DNA of 63,549 nt, counting the filler, from Octopus bimaculoides (Eukaryota), in the NCBI RefSeq assembly GCF_001194135.2. It is 9 parts of 8 records of this genome, joined end to end, with 100 filler letters (N's around TTAATTAATTAA, not from the genome) between each part and the next. Parts side by side here need not be neighbours in the genome. Positions count along the whole stretch, not along the records: positions 37,972 to 40,908 come from NW_026405976.1; positions 41,009 to 44,514 come from NC_068987.1; positions 44,615 to 52,875 come from NC_068981.1; 6 more parts are not named here. One strand, given 5' to 3'. The notes beneath the pieces were generated by a model that made no database searches, was not told the DNA's origin, and saw only the letters and a list, made by a program, of their open reading frames with translations. Shown here in pieces: positions 37,972 to 51,230 of the stretch; within the stretch, counting starts at the first letter, position 1, and every line of letters starts with the position of its first letter. The position numbers were made by a program, and so were the translations under genes.

Positions 37972-40908
37972 CGAACGAAGGTACGTACGTTCTGTCCAAG
38001 TGCAACGAACGAAGTTCCGTAGCTCTTAGTTCGAACGAACGTACGTACGTTAGGTCCAAGGGCAACGAACGAATTTCCGTAGTTCATGGCTCGAACGAAT
38101 GTATGTACGTTCGGGCCAATTGCAACGAACGAAGTTCCGTAGCTCTTCGCTCGAACGAACGTACGTACTTTCGGTCCAAGAGCAACGAACGAAGTTCCGT
38201 AGCTCTAGGCTCGAACGAATGTACGTACGTTCGGGCCAACCGCAACGAACGACGTTCCGTAGCTCTTGGCTCGACCGAACGTACGTACGTTCGGGCCAAG
38301 AGCAACGAACGAAATTCCGTACCTCTTGGCTCGGACGAACGTACGTACGTTCGGGCGAAGAGCAACGAACGAAATTCCGCAGCTCTTGGCTCGGACGAAA
38401 GTACTTACGTTCGGGCGAAGAGCAAAGAACGAAGTTCCGTAGTTCTTGGCTCGAACGAACGTACGTACGTTCGGGCAAAGAGAAACGAACGAAGTTCCGT
38501 AGCTCTTGGCTCGAACTTACGTACGTGCGTTCGGGCCAATTGCAAAAAACAAGGTTCCGTAGCTCTTGTCTCGAACGAACGTACGTACGTTCGGTTTCAG
38601 AGCAACGAACGAAGTTCCGTAGCTGTTGGCTCGAACGAACGAACGTAATTTCGTGTCAAGACCAAAACACGATGTTCCGTAGCGCTTGGCTCGAACGAAC
38701 GTACGTACGTTCGGGCCAAGTGCAGCGAACGAAGTTCCGTATCTCTTGGCTCGAATGAAGGTACGTACGTTCGGGCCAAGAGCAACGAACGACGTTCCGT
38801 AGCTCTTGGCTCGAACGTACGTACGTACGTTCGGGCGAAGTGCAACGAACGAAGTTCCGTAGCTCTGGGCTCGAACGAACGTACGTACGTTCGGGCCAAG
38901 TGCAACGAACGAAGTTCCGTAGCACTAGGCTCGAACGAATGTACGTACGTTCAGGCCAATTGCAACGAACGAAATTCTGTAGCTCTTGTCTCGAACGAAC
39001 GCAAGTACGTTCGGGTCAAGTGCAGCGAACGAAGTTCCGTAGCTCTGGGATCGAATGAAGGTACTTACGTTCGGGCCAAGACCAATGAACGAGGTTCCGT
39101 AGCACTTGGCTCGAACGAATGTACGTTCGTTCGGGCCAAGTGCGGAGAACGAAGTTCCGTATCTCTTGGCTCGAATGAAGGTACGTACGTTCGGGCCAAG
39201 AGAAATGAACGATGTTCCGTAGCTCTTGGCTCGAATGAACGTACGTACGTTCGGACCACGTGCAACGAACAAAGTTCCGTAGCTCTTGACTCGAACGAAC
39301 GTACTTACGTTCGGGCCAAGTGCAACGAACGAAGTTCCGTAGTTCTTGGCTCGAACGAACGCACGTACGTTAAGGCCAATTGCAACGAACGAAATTCCGT
39401 AGCTCTTGTCGCGAACGAACGTACGTAAGTTCGGGTCAAGTGCAGCTAACGAAGTTTCGTAGTTCTTCGCTCGAATCAAGGTACGTACGTTCGGGCCAAG
39501 ACTAATGAACGAGGTTCCGTAGCTCTTGGTTCGAACAAACAAACGTACCTTCGGGCCAAGTGCAGTGAACGAAGTTCCGTATCTCTTGGCTCGAACGAAC
39601 GTACGTACGTTCGGCCCAAGTGCAACGAACGAAGTTCCGTATCACTAGGCTCCAACGAACGTACGTACGTTCGGACCAATTGCAACAAACGACGTTCCGT
39701 AGCTCTTGACTCGAACGAACGTACGTACGTTCGGTTTAAGAGCAACGAACGAAGTTCCTTAGCTGTTGGCTCGAACGAATGTACGTACGTTCGGGCCAAC
39801 CGCAACGAACGAAGTTCCGTAGCTCTTGGCTCGGACGAACGTACTTACGTTCGGGCGAAGAGCAACGAACGAAGTTCCGTAGTTCTTGGCTCGAACGAAC
39901 GTACGTACGTTCGGGCGAAAAGAAACGAACGAAGTTCCGTAGCTCTAGGCTGGAACGAACGCACGTACGTTCGGTCCAAGTGCAACGCACAATGTTCAGT
40001 AGCTCTTGGCTGGAACGAACGNNNNNNNNNNNNNNNNNNNNNNNNNNNNNNNNNNNNNNNNNNNNNNNNNNNNNNNNNNNNNNNNNNNNNNNNNNNNNNN
40101 NNNNNNNNNNNNNNNNNNNNNNNNNNNNNNNNNNNNNNNNNNNNNNNNNNNNNNNNNNNNNNNNNNNNNNNNNNNNNNNNNACCAATTGCAACAAACGAC
40201 GTTCCGTAGCTCTTGACTCGAACGAACGTACGTACGTTCGGTTTAAGAGCAACGAACGAAGTTCCTTAGCTGTTGGCTCGAACGAATGTACGTACGTTCG
40301 GGCCAACCGCAACGAACGAAGTTCCGTAGCTCTTGGCTCGGACGAACGTACTTACGTTCGGGCGAAGAGCAACGAACGAAGTTCCGTAGTTCTTGGCTCG
40401 AACGAACGTACGTACGTTCGGGCGAAAAGAAACGAACGAAGTTCCGTAGCTCTAGGCTGGAACGAACGCACGTACGTTCGGTCCAAGTGCAACGCACAAT
40501 GTTCAGTAGCTCTTGGCTGGAACGAACGTACGTACTTTCAGTCCAAGGGCAACCACCGAAGTTCCGAAGCTCTTGGCTCGAACGAACATACGTACGTTCG
40601 GGTCAAGAGCAACGAACGAATTTCCGTAGCTCTTGGCTTGAAGGAACGTACGTAAGTTCGGACCAAGTGCAACGAACGAAGTTCCGTAGCCCTAGGCTCG
40701 ATCGAACGTACGTACGTTCAGGCCAAGAGCAACGAACTAAGTTCCGTAACCCCTCGCTCGAACGAAAATACGTACGTTCGGGCCAAGAGCAATGAACGAA
40801 GTTCCGTTGCTCTAGGTTCGATCGAACGTACGTACGTTCAGGCCAAGAGCAACAAACGAGGTTCCGTAGCTCTTGTCTCGAACGAACGTACGTACGTTCG
40901 GTTTCAGA
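37972..40908. repeat. 60-bp CpG-rich tandem satellite, at least 45 units, gap-bounded
   Basis: Consensus CGAACGAACGTACGTACGTTCGGGCCAAGAGCAACGAACGAAGTTCCGTAGCTCTTGGCT recurs in register with the 60-nt lines. Confidence 0.95.
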
Positions 40909-41024
40909 NNNNNNNNNNNNNNNNNNNNNNNNNNNNNNNNNNNNNNNNNNNNTTAATTAATTAANNNNNNNNNNNNNNNNNNNNNNNNNNNNNNNNNNNN
41001 NNNNNNNNATATATATATATATAT

Positions 41025-41984
41025 ACTAGCTGAATTACCCGATAATACCAAGAAAAGCGTGGGCTATTTCCAGTTCTCGTTCTTATTACACTGTTTCATG
41101 TCCTATCTCGCTTCCTGTTCAGTTCCATTTAAATTACAAATAGATTTACAAATACAAGGTGAACTGGGATAGATTTACAAACACTGGCAAGTAACATGGT
41201 TGAATCATAAAATTGACTGATCGTAATGGAAAGGTAATGGTTGGACGGATGAGAGGATTGACGATGTGGGACTATGAAACAATTGAGTGATGTTTGATCA
41301 TTTTCAATTTTGCAGAGCCTCTTGATATACTACATTTTTGGTCATGCCCTCTGGAGCATAAATGAATAAATGATTTGGATTGCCGACCCTTGACCATCCT
41401 ACATACATTTGGCCATGGGAAGAAAGAGGTTCTGAAAGTTTTAGGCCAAACACCTCCAACGACTTACCTGGGGCTTGTTTATGGCCCAGGTAAGTTAGAA
41501 GAATCAGCGGAATTCGTGATATAAAACAACCCTACCACTTGCTTTGCATACGATAGCTAATTCATTAAAGTGCATACGTTAACTGATAGGTAAAAATTAA
41601 AGAACAAAGTATTAAGATTCGCTGTTCCCTTCGGTAAACACATTCTCTCTCTCTCTCCCGCTCTGTCGTTCTCTCTGTCTCTATCTTTCTCACATTCCCT
41701 GTATCTCTGTCTCTTCCTATATCCTCCCCTTCATTGATATCAACCACTCTCATTATGCCACCACATTTCCATCAACCTAACACTCTTTGCACTCTTCTCA
41801 TTTTATCATATAAAAAATCCAACCCCCGTAGGGGAGCCTATTATCGACTTTTATTGAGATTAATTAGCCTATAATTGAAATGAATGTTAGTTCAATATGC
41901 ATGCAGTTTAGTGAAGATTGGTTCGCTGGTATAGGATCAAGATGGTAACAGACAGAAAGATAGAAATTACCATATGTATAAGAT
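41025..41984 (+). mobile_element. Possible non-autonomous Helitron-like element
   Basis: 5' ACTAGCTG..TACCCG and 3' ATGCATGCAG..GAAGATTGG..GACAG..TATAAGAT resemble the ends of invertebrate non-autonomous rolling-circle elements, from memory. Confidence 0.4.
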
Positions 41985-42024
41985 ACATACATATTTAAAT
42001 ACTCACACACACACACACACACAA

Positions 42025-42088
<64 letters not shown>

Positions 42089-42504
42089 TGAGAGAATTTT
42101 GTTTGAGTCAGTCTGTTACTACCCGACATTAGCATGCCTGAAAACCTTGTACAACCATAGGTAAAATTCAGAGTTGCAGCTCTGCCGGTGCTCCAGCATG
42201 GCCACAGTCAAATGACTGAAACAAGTAAAAGAGNNNNNNNNNNNNNNNNNNNNNNNNNNNNNNNNNNNNNNNNNNNNNNNNNNNNNNNNNNNNNNNNNNN
42301 NNNNNNNNNNNNNNNNNNNNNNNNNNNNNNNNNNNNNNNNNNNNNNNNNNNNNNNNNNNNNNNNNNNNNNNNNNNNNNNNNNNNNNNNNNNNNNNNNNNN
42401 NNNNNNNNNNNNNNNNNNNNNNNNNNNNNNNNNNNNNNNNNNNNNNNNNNNNNNNNNNNNNNNNNNNNNNNNNNNNNNNNNNNNNNNNNNNNNNNNNNNN
42501 NNNN

Positions 42505-42547
<43 letters not shown>

Positions 42548-44370
42548 TGTGTGACGACCATGAATACGTCATTGACAAAGTACAAGAAGGCTGAAACGCA
42601 TCTAGAGTACTGTGAATTCCTGCCGGAGTCGATGTTCACTTCTCTCCAATTCTTATTGTGCTCTTAACTCATCATGTCTATGAAGAGAATTTTCTTTTAC
42701 ACAGAAACCACACCATCATGCTTTTCAATAGGTCATATACTTTAGCTATGGTACACAGATAACTACTTTACTTTAATGCTGTTTGAGTTGCGTCCGCTGA
42801 TATATTCGTGCTTGGCTGATGGCTTGTATTGTCTTCTGCAAACAGGTTCTCGCAACGTGCGATCCTTCCGGTGAATGACTACAATAAACACTGCAGCATG
42901 GCTTAAGTACTTTTGTCTCTCGTTTGTTTACCCAACCGTAAATGTAAAACTGCTTGCGTGTGGCTGTGCAACTCAGAGTTCATGCCTGTAACCATGTGCG
43001 TTGATGTGTGCATCCGTGTGTGTGTGTGTGTGTTTGTTTGTGTGTGTTTGTGTCTGTGTGTATGTGTGTGTACGCGCGCGTGTGTGTGCGTGTGTGTTTC
43101 TGTGTCTATGTGTGGTATTATTGGTATTACGGAAAACTAGCTGGTGGAATCGATTGAACAGAGATTGGTTACCTTCCCCTATGGTTTGCGTTCGATTCCT
43201 ATTCATATAGACTTGACATTCTATTCTTTTGGATCGAGAAAATAATGAATCAGTCAATCAAAATTGTTGTTGTAGTTGGTGTTGTTATTATCGTTATTGT
43301 TATTGTTATTGTTGTTATCATTGTTGTGATAGTAGAATGGCAATGGTGGCATCACCAACACATCACTTCGGGTTGCTCGTAAGTTTTGTTTATTTCAACT
43401 ATTTTCAGCATGCCAACAAAAAAATATTTGGAGATTTAGACAGAGAAGAAACTCTTCAAAACAAACACCAACACTAATTCCAGCAAACACAACACCAATA
43501 CTACCAGCATCACCACTACACTCACCACAATCATAGATACCACCAACATCGCAAACACTTGCCCAACGTAATCCGTGCCCAAACATACAAACATCCAAAC
43601 ACCTAAACATCCGAACACACGAACACCCGAACCAACATCGAGAGTAACTCTATAAGTATAAGCACCATCTGCAAAAAAATTGTTGGAGATATAATGGTAA
43701 ATAGGTAACGGAAGTAAAGAACTAAGAGAATGTGAGATAAACAGAACATTTGGACACGTTGGCGCTGATAGATTGAGAAACAGAATAGGCTCTGTTAAAA
43801 CACGGCGCAAAACTGCAGCCTAACAGAAAGCTACAGATCTATGACATGAGAACTGGTTGAGCCCACAGGCAGGAAGTTCCGACAAGAAATTTCCATGCCA
43901 TGCACGGCAGAAGCTTTCACTAAACTTCTCCGAGGCGATAGCTAGCCCACTGGTTGGATATGGAGGGTATTTGTCTGGTCAATAGATAATGATATAATTA
44001 ATGGGTACTCCACAAATCATAAGTTTGTGATCGGTACAATCAACATAGTGTGGGCACATGGACAAAAGCCAAACTACTAGAATCTGGACGAGTTAATTAG
44101 GGATGAGAAATGACGGCCGAAATGTAATCCTATGATTTGCAAATTTTATCGGAACAGTGAATTTATATTGTAGCCTTAAACATGAACAAGATACTGCAGA
44201 AAGAAGTAGAACTGCTAAATGATGTCACCTTTAAATTATATGAAAATGAAAATTTAGAACAGCTTATAATTGGTTGGTTTCAGTGAAATATAGGAATTAT
44301 GTTGTAAAGGTCCTTAAGGCAGTAATTACATTATTTAAGACTTCTGCAAGAGTGTGTGTATGTTTATAAT

Positions 44371-44425
<55 letters not shown>

Positions 44426-45389
44426 TATTGATATGTATTTGTATGCATGCTTAATAATTCCTTAATAGCGTATGCATGTATATATATATATGTGTGTGTA
44501 TGTATATATATATANNNNNNNNNNNNNNNNNNNNNNNNNNNNNNNNNNNNNNNNNNNNTTAATTAATTAANNNNNNNNNNNNNNNNNNNNNNNNNNNNNN
44601 NNNNNNNNNNNNNNTATATATATATCGTTTGTTTTATATTCTATTTGTATTCTGCCTGCCCACCCCTTACCCCACCCGCCAACATCCATCTTCTACTCAG
44701 TTACTAAACTTACCCCCTATATCATACCTTCCCCTCTTCTCGTTTTCTCATTCCCTAAAAATCAGTAAGTTCCTTCTCCTTAGCCCCACCCCCCACTCCC
44801 ACTATCGTCTCTACCACCACCACCTCCGTCGCTGCCGCCACTCCCACCACTACTCCGTCCAACACCACTATCAGACTGACCTAAAATTCACAAACTGTTT
44901 CGTTGCTCGACTTCCAAACAAGTTAAGTCGTGCTTAGAAACAGATGCTATAAGAGAACTTGTTGAACCTTTGCAAACAATGAAATACTACTCCCACTCCC
45001 GCTCCTTTTTCTCCTTCTTCTTTACTCCTCTGACTTAAACTATTTCTTCCCGCTCTTTTTTCTCTCTCCTTTCTCGGTTCTTCCCCTTCTCTCTCTCCCT
45101 TCTCTTCTTCATTATTATCATTCATACCTTCATCCTCACCGCTTTCTCACTCTCTTAGACCCTCTCTCTTTTCCTCTTCATACCTCACACCTTCCCCCTT
45201 TCACCATCACCCCTTTTAACTCTTCCTTATTCTCACTCACTTTCTAACTTTTCATTCCATGTATCCAACTCCATCCTACCCTCACAGCACTGTAATCCAC
45301 CTCTCTCTTTCTTTCTTTCTTTCTCTCTCTCTCACACAGTCTGTCGCTCTCTCTCTGTCTCTCTCTGTCTCTCTCTCTCTGTCTCTCTG

Positions 45390-45476
<87 letters not shown>

Positions 45477-46473
45477 ATAATTTTGCACTAAATGTTGACT
45501 TTCTCTTCGGCAATCCAACAATAATGATTGCTATTGTTCACCTCATTTGTCCCTCTCAACGACTCCCTGCTCGCTACATTGTTTCGCTCAAGACGTACTA
45601 AGCAACTCTCCTATATAATGCAATAAGCATATCAAGTAAACTATTCTTATTGCCCTGTACTCAGATGTGGGATTCACCAGTAGTAACGCAATTCGAAGGA
45701 AACGAATACAAAGGTTTTGTACAAAGCGTTGATAAAACGCACAATTCGGACACACGAACGAAACACACGTTCTTTTTATGAACAAACTGCACAGATAAGC
45801 TGGTTTCATACTTTAATCCTTCATAGATCCCATTCTTTTTGGATGTAATCTTGACACTACACGAATATCGGTCAGGTAAAATAAAGATCAGTAAGTGTGA
45901 AGACAGCCATTTTTTCTTTAATGAATATTATAATTCAACCAGCTACTCTCTCTTTAATGAAAACTAAATGGTGTGTACCAGATCAATAACCGCTTTGAAT
46001 GTTTGTGGGATATAGCATCTTCTGGTTGAAAATATAAGGGAAGCTAATTAGCAGTATGTATGTATGTATGTATGTACATTATTCAGTTTGCATGTGTATG
46101 TGTATGTATATATATATGTATGTGTGTGCGTGTATATTTATATGCAAACTTACACGGATCTAGTTCAAAACGGGGGCACCAGTATTTTCTTAACGAAACA
46201 CTAACGAAACACTTTGAAACTTGGGACACTGGTAGAATGTGTCTTAGTCTTCTTAACAAAAAAACGCACATCGCAAGTTATTCCATGTTAAAGTTGTCAT
46301 ATTTCTGTAATTTCAACCAATCACTGACGTCTATTCAGCTGAATAGAGTTACTGCTGGCCGGTCATAAAAATGTTATTCCCTGTGACATATTTCATCCGG
46401 TTTAATCGTAATTTATACGCATATATTGTTTATATAATAAATTACGCTGTGCATATCTATGTGTGTAACAATT

Positions 46474-46526
46474 TTAGAGTTCGGATTCTAGAGTTAGGGT
46501 TAGTTTTAGGATTAGGGTTAGGGTTA
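46474..46526 (+). repeat. Interstitial telomere-like (TTAGGG)n with variant units, running into a gap
   Basis: TTAGAG..TTAGGGTTAGTTTTAGGATTAGGGTTAGGGTTA. Confidence 0.7.
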
Positions 46527-47126
46527 NNNNNNNNNNNNNNNNNNNNNNNNNNNNNNNNNNNNNNNNNNNNNNNNNNNNNNNNNNNNNNNNNNNNNNNNNN
46601 NNNNNNNNNNNNNNNNNNNNNNNNNNNNNNNNNNNNNNNNNNNNNNNNNNNNNNNNNNNNNNNNNNNNNNNNNNNNNNNNNNNNNNNNNNNNNNNNNNNN
46701 NNNNNNNNNNNNNNNNNNNNNNNNNNNNNNNNNNNNNNNNNNNNNNNNNNNNNNNNNNNNNNNNNNNNNNNNNNNNNNNNNNNNNNNNNNNNNNNNNNNN
46801 NNNNNNNNNNNNNNNNNNNNNNNNNNNNNNNNNNNNNNNNNNNNNNNNNNNNNNNNNNNNNNNNNNNNNNNNNNNNNNNNNNNNNNNNNNNNNNNNNNNN
46901 NNNNNNNNNNNNNNNNNNNNNNNNNNNNNNNNNNNNNNNNNNNNNNNNNNNNNNNNNNNNNNNNNNNNNNNNNNNNNNNNNNNNNNNNNNNNNNNNNNNN
47001 NNNNNNNNNNNNNNNNNNNNNNNNNNNNNNNNNNNNNNNNNNNNNNNNNNNNNNNNNNNNNNNNNNNNNNNNNNNNNNNNNNNNNNNNNNNNNNNNNNAT
47101 AAAATTTAAACGCATATATGCTCTGC

Positions 47127-47191
<65 letters not shown>

Positions 47192-47434
47192 CACTAAGTA
47201 ATATGTTTCACGGCCTATGACAATGCAAACAAATACAAGTGTATCAAAAGCTACACAACTTAAGTTCTTGGTTTATTGAAATTATCTCCGCCTCCACGGT
47301 GATATATCATAAATATCAAATGGCAGTTAAGATCAGCTCCACTTGAGAAAGAGAAATAATCTCAAGGTATCAATGATTCTCCAAAGTTGACACGCCATTA
47401 AAGAAAAAGATAGGATCATTGTCTGGAGATAAGA

Positions 47435-47492
47435 GGACAGTCGTGGGCACATGTTTCTGGCTCAACAGCCGTCATCAGCATAACAATTGTCC
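47435..47492 (-). ncRNA. Hammerhead-like motif, type I, probably inactivated
   Basis: Minus strand: GGACAATTGTTATG-CTGATGA-C-GGCT-GTTG-AGCC-A-GAAA-CATG-TG-CCCACGACTGTCC. Helix III is palindromic (ACATGT), helix I is extended, and the cleavage triplet is GUG. Confidence 0.6.
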
Positions 47493-47864
47493 GATCTTGT
47501 CTCTAGCAGCCACACGGGACTTAAGCCGCTGGCTACTCTGAGTTATTTCCCTTGGCTCTTTTTTTTTTAAATTAGACATATAAAAGTGGGTGTATATCAC
47601 ACACACGCATTCTCTTAACCTTAGATACTCAAATACACAGTCAATTCACTCACTCAAAATCCTTTCAGGTCATTGCTCACACCTAACATCTCCAGCCACC
47701 AAGAAATATATAAAAGAGCACATAACAGCCTTCATTATGGAAACTTACTGTATTTTCATTATATTTCATCTTTGTGCCAATGCAGTGATATTGTAGTCCC
47801 ACATAGTAAGTTCACTGTAATGATGCAGCCACCAAGAATGTCCAGGAAGATCACGTAATATAAC

Positions 47865-48180
47865 AGTACCAGCACTCCGTCGGTTACGACGACGAGTTTT
47901 CCAGTTGACTCAGTCAACGGAACAGCCTGCTCGTGAAATTAACATGTAGGTGGCTGAACACTCCACAGACACGTGTACCCTTAACGTAGCTCTCAAGGAG
48001 ATTTAGCGTGACAGAGTGTGACAAGGCTGGCACTTTGAAACACAGATACTACTCATTTTTGATAGCTAAGTGGACTGGAACAACGTGAAATAAAGTGTCT
48101 TGCTCAAGGACACAACGCGTTGCCGGGAATTGAACTCATGGCAATCCCTGGCCAAATATCCAAATCACTCAGCCACATAA
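47865..48180 (-). mobile_element. SINE sharing the family C 3' tail
   Basis: GCACTCCGTCGGTTACGACG...AACGGAACAGCCTGCTCGTGAAATTAAC is shared with 21277. Confidence 0.8.
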
Positions 48181-48189
48181 CATACATGA

Positions 48190-48665
48190 ATCTTAGCGTG
48201 TTCGGGCGAGACATCTCCTGCATTGAAACCACAATTATGTGGCATCAACTGTGGTGGGCTGACCATGTCAGGCAAATCTCGACTCATCGGTTGACCAGTC
48301 AGTTGCTTTAAACACGGCTAAATAAAAGGCAAAATGGATGCATAGAGAACAAAGCAAGCAGTTCAAAGACGTACTTTACGAAAATTTTGAAAAAAAGAAG
48401 TGTGACATCATGGTTTGGAATTGTTGGCAGATAACTGATACAAATTGGTAACGGGTTACCAATGATGAAGCTAATCTATTGACACAGCGCAAACGGAAGA
48501 TTTCAGCGGTAGCAAGCAGTACGAAGTAACCGACCCAGTCGCTTGCCTTCTTTGCTCATTCTATGACAGGATTTGTGGTCCTCGCATTGTTATACATAGT
48601 TACGTGCAGATCCACACCGCATGGACAATCATTTTCAGCATCGAAAGATTTCGACGACGATGACT
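48190..48665 (+). mobile_element. RTE-clade LINE 3' end
   Basis: IETTIMWHQLWWADHVRQ..RLTSQLL, then CSFYDRICGPRIVIHSYVQIH (decayed Zn motif) and a GACGACGATGA tail. Confidence 0.8.
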
Positions 48666-50016
48666 ACAGTAACATTCTTGTGTCACGGGACGTCAACTGT
48701 ACGTTCACTGTAGTCCTACACAGAAGCATTGCAATGTCATTATAACTTAACTGTAGTGACACTGTATACACTGTTGTAGTTAATACACTGTTGTAGTTAA
48801 TACACTGTTGTAGTTAATACACTGTTTAGTGAGAGAACTCCTGAATAATCGCTCGACATGCAAGAAGTAGCAGTCAGTTTCCATCAAATCACATTTCGCA
48901 GTTTACAAGGACAATGTTGCCAAACATAGAAAGAGATGAGGTGGTCACATCAGAACAGAAATACTTTTCGTCTTAGGTCAGCTCGATCAGATCTGACTTC
49001 TGATTAAACAACAACAACAGCAGTAACATCAACAACAGCAGCAAAAACAACACCTCTTACAGAACAGTATTAACCCCTCAGTGTTCATTCACCCGTAACC
49101 AATACTCCTGCTCAATCATATTAACTTTGCTCACTTAAATAATAATGACGTGAATCGAATCAACAAACCAGAAAACCAGCTGGATACTTAGATGTTACCA
49201 TATTCTTTTAAATAATTAATGTGTCCCTGAGAGCAACATAAAATGCCACACAATCTTCAATCTCCTCTATTGTATTACAAATATTGATATTTAGATCGCG
49301 GGAGCCCGTGGAAATTCCGCAATTTTATAAATGATCTTATTCCTACTTTGCCACATACATTTTCTACATTTTCATAAAATTGCTTCAGTATGTTTAATAT
49401 TTTAATTATATTTTCCATTTCCTTAAATAATTAACAGCGAAACATTCCAGCTTGTATCGTAGTATGAAAAATTTTGATTATATCATTGCTTTAGTTCCAT
49501 AATTGAGATTGCTTAATACGTAACACGTGAACTTGTGTCATATGAAAAATTTCGATTATGTCTTAAATGTCGTTCCATAGTTATGCATTTTAAAATGTCT
49601 CACGCTCAATAAGCAAGGGGAACTTTCGCCTTCCAAAAGAGCGGCTTGCTTTTTTCTTTTCTTTTCTTTCTATTTTTACAAACCCTTTTATTCTTTCACA
49701 TCTGGCATAACGTACCAACTGGATAAATTCTATACAAGACATTATTTTCAGTTGTCATGAAATATTTTCGGGGTTGTAAGCGAGAGTACACAGTTACAAC
49801 CTGAAGTTTGGGATTTCAAAGTATTTAGGTTTCATTCCTCGTTTTTAGTTATGAATGATCAAGAGAAGTATTTATTCAAGAAAATCTCCCTTATACATGG
49901 TCATTTGGCCTGCTAAAAATAGCAGCCAAATTACCCTCAAATTATACATCTCTCAGCCTTGAAAAAAAGGATACAACTTTGAACGGTCCTTGCTAGAATA
50001 CCTTTGATCATAGGTA

Positions 50017-51230
50017 CAAGATGCATTCCGTAAGTTTTCAGGAGAGACATTTATTAATTTCGAAGAAGTACAAAACTTAATTTCATTCAAAGTAGAATCA
50101 TCTGCAGCCAGTACACTTGCTGTAGCGCTCCAGCCACTTCCCAAAGGCCCCATGGAAGCTCTCCAAAGTGAAGATGCCCGGGAGCCTTGTCAGAGCTTTC
50201 TTCATCTTCAAAATAACTGCCTCTGAGGTTCACCTTCAGTTTGTGGAACAACTAGAAGTTACAGGGAGCAAGGGTGAAGGACAGTTTTGATGACCCTCTC
50301 TGTCAAATAGTTGATTACCAGGATGCTCATCACCAAGTACCCTGGGAAAAAAACTTTGCACAAATTTTTCCCTTGTTCAGATTATCATGAGTGATTCGTA
50401 CGCTTATTGTCTTTATAGACACACAAAAGTGGAGGCACAATGGCCCAGTGGTTAAGGCAGCGGACTCGCGGTCATAGGATCGCGGTTTCGATTCTCAGAC
50501 CGGGCGTTGTGAGTGTTTATTGAGCGAAAACACCTAAAAGCTCCACGATGCTCCGGCAGGGGATGGTGGCGAACCCTGCTGTACTCTTTCACCACAACTT
50601 TCTCTCACTCTTCCTGTTTCTGTTGTGCCTGTAATTCAAAGGGTCAGCCTTGTCACACTGTGTCACGCTGAATATCCCCGAGAACTACGTTAAGGGTACA
50701 CGTGTCTGTGGAGTACTCAGCCACGTGCACGTTAATTTCACGAGCAGGCTGTTCCGTTGATCAAATCAACTGGAACCCTCGACGTCGTAAGCGACAGAGT
50801 GCCAACAACAAGACACACAAAGGTTTTCATCCAGAAAATTGCGAATTTTCTCTATCAGCTCTGATGTTCTGACATGCCTCTTCCTCTCACACTTCTCATC
50901 ATTTCTCAGCTGCTCTCCACCGTCCTTGAACCTCTTTTTGCCAGCGAAAATGTTACTCTGTAAGCACGCTGGAGCATTTCATAAGTTTCTGTTGTGTTTT
51001 TGTCCTGTTTAACGCAGAACTTTATTGCATAGCAAGCTTCCAAATTGTCTTCACCTCCCGATTGCATTCTGCAAACTAGTCAGCTGTGACAAGCAGTGTT
51101 TTGCATGATGTGTTCAAAGTGCTGTTACAGCTGTCTCCTTCAATCTGGAATAGCAAAAGTTGGCAGATTAGCTTATTAGGTGTAATATAACGATACACTA
51201 AAAGGCTCAAAACTTCTGGAATGCACCTCG
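50017..51230 (-). mobile_element. Internally deleted mariner (same family as 58197-59128), interrupted by a SINE
   Basis: TA-flanked TIRs CAAGATGCATTCCGTAAGTTTT / AAAACTTCTGGAATGCACCTCG. Confidence 0.8.
50431..50810 (+). mobile_element. tRNA-derived SINE family C, full length, with TSD
   Basis: A-box TGGCCCAGTGG, B-box-like GGTTTCGATTC, (CAA)n tail, and AGACACACAAA duplication on both sides. Confidence 0.9.

Noticed and set aside
39675-40528. Apparently exact 347-bp duplication across the gap in the satellite
   Set aside because: The copies directly flank an N gap with an offset of 507 (not a multiple of 60); most likely an unmerged contig overlap.
38050-40795. Long repetitive ORFs (RTYVRS...) in the 60-bp satellite
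   Set aside because: A by-product of a stop-poor 60-bp unit; no start context or splice evidence.
37972-40908. CRISPR-like appearance of the palindromic array
   Set aside because: No unique spacers, no cas genes, and a eukaryotic context.
44040-44170. VGTW...AEM..Y.L.IL resembling an AP-endonuclease N-terminus
   Set aside because: Multiple stops and too few conserved residues to support a call.
48563-48745. 60-aa ORF with an apparent signal peptide (MTGFVVLALLYIVTCRS)
   Set aside because: It overlaps the decayed C-terminal zinc motif and tail of an RTE LINE in another frame.
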